This document shows positions 44,517 to 53,400 of a stretch of DNA of 64,000 nt, piece after piece (position 1 is the stretch's first letter; the number at the start of each line of letters is the position of its first letter). The stretch is from Escherichia phage YX22. The stretch lies in sequence record OR776998; one strand, 5' to 3'. A model generated the notes under the pieces. It saw only the letters and a program-made list of their open reading frames with translations, did not search any database and was not told where the DNA came from. Both the position numbers and the translations under genes were made by a program.

Positions 44517-44526
44517 GATATTTAGT
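44517..44526 (-). promoter_or_regulatory. Late-promoter-like element (GATCACTAAATATC) upstream of gp18
   Basis: CTAAATAT core about 45 nt upstream of the gp18 ATG, between the gp17 stop and the gp18 start. Confidence 0.45.
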
Positions 44527-44528
44527 GA

Positions 44529-46739
44529 TCACCGTCTCAGCCATTCTTCCATAGACATACCAGAGCGTTCATCATAAACCTGAATTCCACCGAACCCTGA
44601 GATGTTCTCCACAGAGTGAGGATCTGGCGTCGACATCATACCCCCAAATGGTAGCATCTGAGATTCTTCCATCGCAGACAACCGTCCTCTCATGTCCACA
44701 GAGATATTTGAATTGGTGAGATCACTAAACCATTCTTGTTTCACCGCCCATGCATACAACACGAGGGGCATTACACAGTCATCATGACAACCATCATCGG
44801 CTTCATACCTTGTTCCAGTCCATACGAATGTACTGAGTTCATCTATCGTGTCCTGGTCATCTATCACCAGCATTTCACGTTCAATCAGGGCTTTCAGGTT
44901 GGCACAGCCGTTTGTGCGCACCTTCTTGTTGGTATTGATACCAGGTTCAGGGCGGCGACCACCGATTCTCTTGCCTGTACCCTTGGTATCTGTTGTGGTG
45001 AAGATGATCTCTGGATATTCAATTTCTTGGTATAGAATTGTGATTACCTGACCACCCACGTCGTTGTTGGTCTCGACTAGCATCGGGCACGTTCCATACT
45101 TCTCACCCATATCGGCGATTGTGTACGCATACATCATTGGAGGTATCGTGTTATTTCGATACTTGGCTGCGATCTTGTGAGGATAGTCTGTGATGTCGAT
45201 AATGGTCAGCACAGAATAATCCCCTTCGACACCCTTGCCTGTATCTGCGATACCCATATAGATGCGCTTAGGATCGTAGTCGTGATAAATCTTGGTGAAC
45301 TCGTTCGGCTCCTGATACAGCTTCGAGGTCATCTTGTCCAGACACTTGGCAGGTATCAGTGATCCCACAGAACCACGGAACTTAATGCCAAATTCTTGAT
45401 CGAAACGTGCATCACCCAGCTTCGCCCTTTGTTTGGATTCCCAGTCTGGATCTTTGGTGTACGTTGGAACACGATACCATGGGACCTCGGTGAGTTTGAA
45501 GTCGTTGTATTGTGGGTGTTCTGGGTTCGCCTTGGTGACGATGTCGTAGAACAACCCGCGCTGACCTTTCGGCGTACTGGTCAGAATACAACGTGAAGTC
45601 TCTGCAGATGCAATCGCCGGGAATGTAGACTCCCAGAATTCAAAGTCGTTTTCAATGAACGCCACTTCGTCCACATACAGGAGCGATACAGATCGACCAC
45701 GGATGGAGTCGGAAGATGTCGCATAGGCGTAGATCTTTGATCCGTTTTCGAACTCTATCAGCGTGGAACCGAACTTCTCACAACCCTGTTGGAGGAAGAA
45801 TGGCAAATCTTGATATGCTTTGCGAATACGATCTAGGATTTCAATCGCCTGCTTCTCTTTGTTCGCCAGTACTGCGATCTCTTTGTCGGAGTGGAACATC
45901 GCATACCAGAGCAGGAACGCTGCCACGACAGTCGTGTTGTGGCTGAGGAAGCCGTTGGTGTAGTAGCGCTGATCACTAGATTTCACCTGTAGGTCATACA
46001 TGTGATGCGTCTCACCAGTCTGCCAAACCTCACGGATTTCTTCTGGACCTTCTGACGTCATGATGTATGACCCAGCATTCAGGTCTTTGGCAAATATCTC
46101 CTTCATTTCCGGAGTGAAGAATATATGTTCGTCGGCCACGTTAATTCGCCGCCCAGTAACAGTCACAATAACGAATTCCGCATATTTCTTCGTCTTATGC
46201 GCTGCGATAACCGGAACCCAGCCACTATCGGATTGCACAAAGTAACGTTTGCCGAAGCGGCTGTCCACGAACTTGTCATGGTTGCCAATGGTATTCAGCG
46301 GCACAGCGTGGTTGACGTCCTCGAAGCGGCTGTGAAGCTCCCCTATGGTCAGGAGCAACTGCTCTTGGCTGAGAGTATCGTAAACTGTGACAAGCGTGTC
46401 ACCTTTTACACATTTCCCAGACTGACGAGCCTGGACGACCGCATTGAATCGATAGTCCTGGAAGTCATGGAACAACTGCTTCTGGTAATCGTGCATGTCA
46501 AAGAGGATGAAGCCTTTATCGATGGTCGTGATCTTGTAGTAGTTGGCGGCGAAGTAATGGGCGTCCATCGCACACTCGACGAACTCCGATTCTTGTTCGT
46601 CGGTTAGCATCAACTCCACACGAGGTGCACGCACAGACGGCTTGCGCATGAACGTTTGGTCCATACGCAGTCTGACGTCTTCTGTCTTAAACCCCGTCTT
46701 GAGCGGGGCGTATTCTACATCACGCTTCTGATACGCCAT
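44529..46739 (-). CDS. 17: Terminase large subunit gp17, interrupted by a mini-intein
   Basis: Track ORF starts at GTG (46748); ATG at 46739 (MAYQKRDV...) with AAGGAAGAAGGTG upstream. Exteins join as ARQSGK|TTVVAAFLLW, matching T4 gp17 Walker A SRQLGKTTVVAIFLAHF; C-terminal nuclease region matches T4 (HDDCVMPLVLY versus HDDLVMSLVIF). Confidence 0.9.
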   Translation of the reverse strand: MAYQKRDVEYAPLKTGFKTEDVRLRMDQTFMRKPSVRAPRVELMLTDEQESEFVECAMDAHYFAANYYKITTIDKGFILFDMHDYQKQLFHDFQDYRFNAVVQARQSGKCVKGDTLVTVYDTLSQEQLLLTIGELHSRFEDVNHAVPLNTIGNHDKFVDSRFGKRYFVQSDSGWVPVIAAHKTKKYAEFVIVTVTGRRINVADEHIFFTPEMKEIFAKDLNAGSYIMTSEGPEEIREVWQTGETHHMYDLQVKSSDQRYYTNGFLSHNTTVVAAFLLWYAMFHSDKEIAVLANKEKQAIEILDRIRKAYQDLPFFLQQGCEKFGSTLIEFENGSKIYAYATSSDSIRGRSVSLLYVDEVAFIENDFEFWESTFPAIASAETSRCILTSTPKGQRGLFYDIVTKANPEHPQYNDFKLTEVPWYRVPTYTKDPDWESKQRAKLGDARFDQEFGIKFRGSVGSLIPAKCLDKMTSKLYQEPNEFTKIYHDYDPKRIYMGIADTGKGVEGDYSVLTIIDITDYPHKIAAKYRNNTIPPMMYAYTIADMGEKYGTCPMLVETNNDVGGQVITILYQEIEYPEIIFTTTDTKGTGKRIGGRRPEPGINTNKKVRTNGCANLKALIEREMLVIDDQDTIDELSTFVWTGTRYEADDGCHDDCVMPLVLYAWAVKQEWFSDLTNSNISVDMRGRLSAMEESQMLPFGGMMSTPDPHSVENISGFGGIQVYDERSGMSMEEWLRR
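45936..46412 (-). mobile_element. Mini-intein (159 aa, Hint domain only) inserted in the terminase Walker A motif
   Basis: Begins with Cys immediately after GK (CVKGDTLV...) and ends with HN before Thr (...GFLSHN|TTVV); block-B-like GRRINVADEHIFF; no endonuclease domain by length. Confidence 0.8.
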
Positions 46740-47427
46740 TGTCTTCACCTTCTTCCTTCGGCTGCGGCTCGGCCTGAACGTCGATTACATCTTCTTCGGG
46801 TTCAGGTCCTTTGGACGCAGCTTTCGCTGCAGCACGTTCTTCAGCACGTTTACGGGCGTCTTCGATGGTCTTCAGTAGATCACGGGAAGACCTGGCCTGT
46901 TTACCGACGTTGACCGTGGTTGTGCCATCAGGGGACGTGGTGACCTCGACGGTTGTTTCATCTCCAGGAGGTGGCTCTCTGTCGCCCGTGACCGCCTTGA
47001 TAGTTTTCTGGTTCTCCATCAGGTCTTTGTTCAGGCCGCGCATGAGTTCACCCAACTCTTTGAAGACTGTAAAGGCACGGGGTGCTTCAGTCGTCGTCGC
47101 AAGTTTGGCTGCCTGTCCCATCATGAACATCGTGGCTTCCTGCATGGCATAAGTCGTGTCACGGATGCGTTTGTAGTCGGTGGTGGCATCAGTGTCTTCG
47201 AAGTCTGGAACCTTAGACTCCTTGGGCTTCAGCTCTTCTGGGTCCAATGAAGGAGGAAACACCACAGGCTCATACCCCGCAGGCTTTTCACCCAACCATT
47301 CGCCTGTATCCGGATCGTAATCTTTTCCGGCCATAGGCGAGGTCTTCTCCATGACTTCTTGAGCGACCTCATCCCGCGCTTGGATAGCACTGAGGGTGGA
47401 TAATAGGCGTTCTGACATAGCACTCAT
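46720..47427 (-). CDS. 16: Terminase small subunit gp16
   Basis: Track ORF starts at TTG (47433); ATG at 47427 (MSAMSERLL...) with GGAG 8 nt upstream; central DYKRIRDTTYAMQEATMFMMGQAAKLA parallels T4 gp16; overlaps the gp17 start. Confidence 0.7.
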   Translation of the reverse strand: MSAMSERLLSTLSAIQARDEVAQEVMEKTSPMAGKDYDPDTGEWLGEKPAGYEPVVFPPSLDPEELKPKESKVPDFEDTDATTDYKRIRDTTYAMQEATMFMMGQAAKLATTTEAPRAFTVFKELGELMRGLNKDLMENQKTIKAVTGDREPPPGDETTVEVTTSPDGTTTVNVGKQARSSRDLLKTIEDARKRAEERAAAKAASKGPEPEEDVIDVQAEPQPKEEGEDNGVSEA

Positions 47428-47429
47428 AA

Positions 47430-48125
47430 TCAATCTCCAGGATGATGTACACCGTCTTTGTCAACACGGAACCACTCCGGCAGTTCCGTCCACGGTGTTT
47501 TCAAATCATTAGACATTTCGATAATTATCTCTTTGATCCCGTTAGGATCCCCGCCTCCCTCGTTGTCCACCCAATAGTCATACCCGTAGATGAAGCCGCT
47601 CAGCTGGAACATGAAGGAGCAGTCGACGTGTGGTGAATCAGAAGCATCCCCTTCCCAGTTATCGGACATCTGGTGGCTGACCAGTTGGATCTTGATCTTC
47701 TGGTCTTGCTGTAGTGTATCGTTGTCCTTGATACCACAGTCTAGAGAGGGAGTGAATACCGAATAAACCTGCTCTAGCACCTGTAACATCTCAACTAATT
47801 TCTTGGTTCGGATATTGTACTCAAAATCGATAATCAGGGGGATTCGCTGCTTCGCCCCTGCTGTTGGTGTCGATTGTCGATTGTGGTACGTCTTCGTCAC
47901 CTGTTTGTTGATCTCAAACTGACCAAAAGAGAAGGTCGCAAATGGAAGCATGTTGGACGGCACGTTCCTGTTGAGGTCATTGCGTCTCCCGATGGCCATG
48001 TGTAATGGGACTTCCATAAGACCACGCTCTGTGTTCACCTTCAGATCAGACATAATGGTGGCAAACAGATTGATGTATTTCATCAATGAATCATGGTAGA
48101 AGTAATTTTCAAATGGTCTGGCCAT
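47430..48125 (-). CDS. 15: Tail sheath stabiliser/tail completion protein gp15
   Basis: 231 aa; N-terminal FYHDSLMKYINLFATIMSDL parallels T4 gp15 (FYNSSFRRYATLMGDLFSNI); position 13-14-15-16. Confidence 0.7.
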   Translation of the reverse strand: MARPFENYFYHDSLMKYINLFATIMSDLKVNTERGLMEVPLHMAIGRRNDLNRNVPSNMLPFATFSFGQFEINKQVTKTYHNRQSTPTAGAKQRIPLIIDFEYNIRTKKLVEMLQVLEQVYSVFTPSLDCGIKDNDTLQQDQKIKIQLVSHQMSDNWEGDASDSPHVDCSFMFQLSGFIYGYDYWVDNEGGGDPNGIKEIIIEMSNDLKTPWTELPEWFRVDKDGVHHPGD

Positions 48126-48127
48126 GA

Positions 48128-48778
48128 TTATTCTCCAAAGTCGATCTTCATATCGTCTGTTGCAAGCCCCTTCTCAAGATCATCTGCTAAAGCATTGTCA
48201 GTCTGTAGAGAAGAATCCTTGTACACGTCCGGTTCGTTCTCTTCGTCCAAGATGGACAGACGTTTGTCGATATCGTCGATCTCCGGAACGCCCGTATCGA
48301 AGTTTTCGTTGCCGTACTGGAACAACGTGCACGGCAGAGAGAACGTATACCATTTGCCAAATTGCATGAAGTCTTCATCGTTGTTCGGGTTGTTGACCTT
48401 GAAGATCTTGTTCGCCAGTGGTAGATAGATCAGGTCACCTTCCTGAGGTTGTTGTTCAATCCCAACACCGTTGCCTATCACCTCGGCAAATCGGCGGCGC
48501 GAGATAGAGAACGTCACTTCGTCTTGCAATTGGATACCCCCAAACTTCTCCCACATCTGGGTGTTGAAGCCCTGATAATCCTGCATGTACGCTTCGATGT
48601 CGAACGCCTGGTCGAATCTGTGGTTAGCATCGTTGGTGATAGGAAATTTTTCAACGATGGAACGGGGTATATACTTGATGTCTATCCCGCGCAACTCAAT
48701 CATTTCCTGTACCAAATCTTCAATCAGCTTCTGTGTGCCTTGGTGATTGGTGGCGTTGAAATATTTAGAAGTGGCCAT
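48128..48778 (-). CDS. 14: Neck protein gp14
   Basis: 216 aa; assigned mainly by conserved position between 13 and 15. Confidence 0.6.
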   Translation of the reverse strand: MATSKYFNATNHQGTQKLIEDLVQEMIELRGIDIKYIPRSIVEKFPITNDANHRFDQAFDIEAYMQDYQGFNTQMWEKFGGIQLQDEVTFSISRRRFAEVIGNGVGIEQQPQEGDLIYLPLANKIFKVNNPNNDEDFMQFGKWYTFSLPCTLFQYGNENFDTGVPEIDDIDKRLSILDEENEPDVYKDSSLQTDNALADDLEKGLATDDMKIDFGE

Positions 48779-48799
48779 ATCGATACCCTCAATTTTGAA

Positions 48800-48810
48800 G
48801 GTATTTAGTC
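48800..48810 (-). promoter_or_regulatory. Late-promoter-like element (CGACTAAATACC) upstream of gp14
   Basis: CTAAATAC core about 25 nt upstream of the gp14 ATG. Confidence 0.45.
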
Positions 48811-48837
48811 GAAGTTTATTCTTTTGAGGAATAGCTC

Positions 48838-49050
48838 ATGCAAGTGGAAGACATCAAAGAAGTTCGCAGCGGTCGTCGCGTCCGAATCATCTGTGTGGAC
48901 GCCAAGATTGGAGGTGGTGATTACGACATCGTCGGTCTGGTGAAAGAAGTAGATGGCACAGACTTCATTGAGTGGTGGAACTCCAAAGATAAGACAGAAG
49001 ACGGTCTGCTGCGTGGTAGTGGCGACGGAAACCTGGATTTGAAAATCTAA
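48838..49050 (+). CDS. Hypothetical small protein (plus strand) between gp14 and gp13
   Basis: 70 aa ORF with ATG and GAGGAA 9 nt upstream; glycine-rich. Confidence 0.4.
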   Translation: MQVEDIKEVRSGRRVRIICVDAKIGGGDYDIVGLVKEVDGTDFIEWWNSKDKTEDGLLRGSGDGNLDLKI

Positions 49051-49077
49051 AAGAAGGGCGGGTAATCCCGCCTTTCC

Positions 49078-49836
49078 TTATCCCATGTAGAAGTCGATAG
49101 GGTACTGCTGACCAGTACGCAATTCTTCCTCTAAACGCTCGATCTCCGCTTCAGCCTCACTGAACATACTATCGCCATCCAGCTCGATACCGCCAGGGAG
49201 ACGGATGCCTCTTGCCTTCTTGAGCACTTCTGCCCAGCGGCGCTTGACCAACGCAGTTGCATATGCCTTCAGCCACATATCATTCCATGCTTCTTCATTA
49301 CCCTCAACCTCTGGGTCGATGTTCTGGAAGCATTTGAACGCCAACACCTCGTCCTTTGTCAGGGCGAATTGTGGGTAGAGTTTGCGCTGGAATTTCTTGT
49401 AAACGAAGGTGCGCTTCACGTTCAGCACACTGGTGATGTCAGACAAACGCTGTTGCATTGAAACATAGTCGACCAAGCGGATGGAAACGAGGGCGGCCTT
49501 TGGTACCAACATGGCTTGGGCCATCTGCCATTGAGGGGTTGCCCAGTTACCGATCGATTCAATCGGAGGGCCAACGATGACTTCAACCACGTCGTCGATG
49601 TCTTTGGGGAATTCGATGTAACCGTTGGTGATAGTTTCTTCAGTCACCTGGTGAACAAAGAATGCGTCCTGACTGCCATCACGATGATACTCCCAAAACT
49701 TCTGTAGAGCATCGTCTACAGCATCCGAAACTTGCGTTGGGTCAAGGTTGATCTGAATTACAGGTGCCCCCAATTTCTTGAGAATGTAATTCATAAATCC
49801 TTTACGATCAACAATAGAATTAACGGCCATTGCCAT
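49078..49836 (-). CDS. 13: Neck protein gp13
   Basis: 252 aa; LKKLGAPVIQINLDPTQV, YATALVKRRW and LPGGIELDG parallel T4 gp13 (LRRLGAPIINVELTPDQI, YATALAKE, LPGGVTIDG). Confidence 0.85.
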   Translation of the reverse strand: MAMAVNSIVDRKGFMNYILKKLGAPVIQINLDPTQVSDAVDDALQKFWEYHRDGSQDAFFVHQVTEETITNGYIEFPKDIDDVVEVIVGPPIESIGNWATPQWQMAQAMLVPKAALVSIRLVDYVSMQQRLSDITSVLNVKRTFVYKKFQRKLYPQFALTKDEVLAFKCFQNIDPEVEGNEEAWNDMWLKAYATALVKRRWAEVLKKARGIRLPGGIELDGDSMFSEAEAEIERLEEELRTGQQYPIDFYMG

Positions 49837-50158
49837 TCCCCTTGTTGCTCTGGATATCAGCGACGGTGATACGTAAAGTGCGAACGTCGTCGGATAGACT
49901 GTTGCTATTGAGTTTCAACTCAGCAACGTTCTGCTTGACGTAGTTAACGTCTGTGTTTAACACAGCAATCTTCTCATTCATATCGTTCACCTTGGTGAGG
50001 ATTAGGTCGACCTTGTTGGAGTCACGCTCAACCACATCAAGGCGATTCTCAAATTTACCCATCATCCAAACAACCGAGCCAACAGAGACTATCGTCGCCG
50101 TCAGCACCCCGGTGAGGATCGCTTTCACATCGATCATAGTGTCAGTTTGGGTTGCCAT
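49820..50158 (-). CDS. Membrane-anchored coiled-coil protein (type II topology)
   Basis: Internal ATG at 50158 (MATQTDTMIDVKAILTGVLTATIVSVGSVVWMMG...): one N-terminal TM helix then heptad-like sequence; 112 aa. Confidence 0.45.
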   Translation of the reverse strand: MATQTDTMIDVKAILTGVLTATIVSVGSVVWMMGKFENRLDVVERDSNKVDLILTKVNDMNEKIAVLNTDVNYVKQNVAELKLNSNSLSDDVRTLRITVADIQSNKGNGNGR

Positions 50159-50390
50159 CTTGGCCTCCTGACGGGAGTTCAATCCCGAGGTGTTCCGCCA
50201 TGAGTTGTACCATCGCTGTTAGTTGATCTATTTGCGCTGCCTGCGCTGCAATAGTTCTGTCCTTTTCTTCCTGATTTCGACGAGCGTTCAGTGCTGCCAA
50301 ACCGGCAGCATTGTCTGTGCAGATGATAGCCCCAGGGCAAGAGCTACTTCTCATCATCGATGCATGCCCTTGTACTTTTACACCACGCAT
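50142..50390 (-). CDS. Hypothetical small protein
   Basis: 82 aa, ATG preceded by GAGGATATTATC; overlaps the downstream gene by 16 nt. Confidence 0.4.
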   Translation of the reverse strand: MRGVKVQGHASMMRSSSCPGAIICTDNAAGLAALNARRNQEEKDRTIAAQAAQIDQLTAMVQLMAEHLGIELPSGGQDGNPN

Positions 50391-50439
50391 GATAATATCC
50401 TCTGTTAATGGCGGGGTTGCCCCGCCTTGTTAATACTAC

Positions 50440-53400
50440 TTATGCCAGAGCAATCAAACGGAAATCTTTGAATGACGGCGGTGCTATACGGTTGCCTCTG
50501 ACCAGCAGGCGGATCTTCAGGCCAACGAAAGGATTGGTGCTGTCTACAGTCTTGTCATACTCATATTCGAAGAATGCAGAACCGTCATTGACCAGAGGGG
50601 ATGTCGGTGTCACAGTTTCCCATGCCACATTATCCATCTCCTGACCTGCGCGCAGCAGTTTAACCTGCACAGTCATTGAAGACTGAGAAGGTAGCATCGC
50701 GCCGAAGTATTGCTTCAGAGTGGTGCAAGGGTTATCGAATCCGATATCCTTGGTCACATAGCTGAACACATCTTCAAACGGATCCACACCGTAGGTGTTG
50801 AAGATGATAGTGAAATCATCACCGTCGATCATTGGAGCCGTGTAGACATTACTCTCGTTGCGAGTCATGGTTGCACGAACCTGGAAGTCGCCCACCTGAC
50901 GATAGATACCTTCCGTCGGCAGAGACACGTCCGTATCGGATTCGAACTCAACCCAATCAGAGAATGAGTTGGAGGTCGCATCGCGATAGCGGTATTCCAG
51001 TTTCAACACAGATCCTTCCAGGGCTGAATTGGTGACGCTTGCGTAGAACATGTCTACCAAGTAGTTGCCTAGGAAAGAAGCCGCTTCACCACCAATCTGA
51101 CCGTCGGAGTCGGCGTTGGAACTCAGAACGAATTTGAACGTCGTGAACGTCGCATCAGTCACAGTGTGTTGAGCGTTCAGTTGCTCAGGAGTGAAACCGC
51201 AACCACCCGTCAGACCAGACAGAGTAACACTTTCGCCCGCAGTCAGGCCATGCCCCGGAGCGTACACAGTAACAGTTGAAGAACCATTGACACATTTCAC
51301 GGTGTTCAGACCCAGAGGGCGGATCTTCGGACCGACTTTAGCATCGAAGGTCACGATGTTTGAACCAGCGGAGAAGTTACAGCGATACACACGGAACTTC
51401 ATATCGGCAGTCTGGTTTGGAGTCCAGGTCGTACCATTTGAAGATGTGAAGAACACGCCAGTGTACGGCTGTTTGGCAATGAACTCGTTGGTCAGCAAGT
51501 TCTTCTTGCCCATCTCTGCGATGTATGCGTTGTAGTCCTGAGTGTTGGCCAAGAGAACAATCGCGAACTCAGTCTGCGCCTGCAGATACACAGGATAATC
51601 AAACTTGAACATCGTCGGCACAGAAGAGTCTGTGGAGACGGAAACTTCTGATGGATTCAAAGTCTTACGAGTGACGACAGTCGTCGCTGGCAGACCATTG
51701 CTCATCTCACGGATTTCCAAAGTGATTGGAATATCGCGAGACTTGGTAGAGAAGAACACTTCGATGCCTTCGATGTATTCGCCGCCGATATTGGTGGCAA
51801 CCATAAAGGACTGGGCGATAGGATCTTTCCACTTCGCGACTTCAACCGTCTCTGTTTTGTTTTCCGTAGACTTGGTCGCAGTGTATCCCAGGACGCGGGT
51901 GTTGACATAAGTCTTCTGGATGCCCTGTTTCTTACCGAAGGACTTATGAACAGCCTCAGCATTGGTCAGGGTATCATCAGCAGACTTGCTGTCCACAGGA
52001 CTGTCAGTCAGACGGAAGACATTGTCACCCGTGTTAAACTTGATAGTCTCGTTCTGAGGAACCGCAAACACGCCTTTGATGTTGCCGTTGGCGTCAGTAT
52101 TCAACGCACCACCCAGAGCGCCACCGTTTGGGGTACAGTACGCGCTCACATCACGCCCAGAGAAGAACGGATACACACGAGTGAACGGACGCAGGCCTGT
52201 GGCTTCGAAGTTGATGTTCGTTTTGCGCATGTATGGGATTACCTGCGTTTCAACGATCTGCTCGCCAGTCAGGGTAGTGGTCGTCTTGTCGGTGTACGTG
52301 TACGTGGTGACGTCACGGGTAGACACAGTCGTGCGGTAGCGATAGCCCCACCATACACCACCTGCACCATGCGGTTCCCACACACGCTCAGACACGGACA
52401 CAGTACGCCATGTGCCATACACAGAACCTTCTTTGATCGCACCACGGGTGTTGATCGTTTCGTTGATCACACGTGGAGTAACATAGTAGTTCTCAAACCA
52501 GTAATCAGTAGTTGGGTTCAGTTTCAGGAATCCTTCCCAGTTGAACACCGCATACGGGTTCACGTTGATGGTCGTGGTTGCATAGTCCTGGCGGACAGAG
52601 ATCTCACGGGTGTAGTTGCATACAACCATGCCATCCTGAACGTTGTTCCAACCGACTGGCGTCAGGTCAATCGCGTTCTGCTGAACAAACGGACGCAGAC
52701 GACCATTATCAGTGTCGATTGAACCCACCCAGTCTGCAGACAAATCGTCGATCAGGCGGAAGTCTTTGAACGGGTCTGCTGCGATACCGTTCTTGAAGCG
52801 CGGGTTGCCAGTAATTGGATCGAACACCTGTTGTGACATCGCCGAGGATTCCAGCTGAGACAGTGAGGTGTAATATTCGACATTGGAGATACGGGTCTCC
52901 AGTTTACCGATATCGCGCATCGTGTAGCGGCGGTTGTCGATAGTACGAATCTGGATGTCGTCAATGTTGGCCGTGTAAGGCGGGATCATCAATTCATACA
53001 GGCGCATGCCGTTGTCTGGGATCGCAGGGGAAGCCAGGTTGTTGGAACTCACACCACGAGCAACGTTGAACACACCGTTGTCTGCCAGATACACAGCATC
53101 AATACGAGGCAGATAGTACTCTGCATCTAGGATGATCGCGGTGTTCGGGCGAACCATGTCCGTGTCAGACGCTCCGCTGGTGATCTTGGGACGGAAGTCC
53201 AGACTGTCGGCCAACCCATACACAGTACCAGAACTGGATGAAACATAGTTCGGGATGTCTGGATAGTTGATGGACGAATAGGAGTCCGCTGTGAAGAAAT
53301 CACCAGAGCTGTGAGCGAAATACTGATACACCACCGTGAACGTCCCTGAAATGGCTCCAGTGGACGATATGAGGTTAGAAAGGTAGTATGCCGCATCGCG

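Noticed and set aside
49820-50390. Spanin (Rz/Rz1) pair
   Set aside because: The 112-aa protein has i-spanin-like topology (TM plus coiled coil), but the partner ORF lacks a lipobox or signal peptide and sits upstream rather than embedded; kept as hypothetical.
51946-52722. 258-aa plus-strand ORF and other plus/minus ORFs inside 50440-55326
   Set aside because: Lie inside or opposite the continuous 1612-aa late gene; no independent support.
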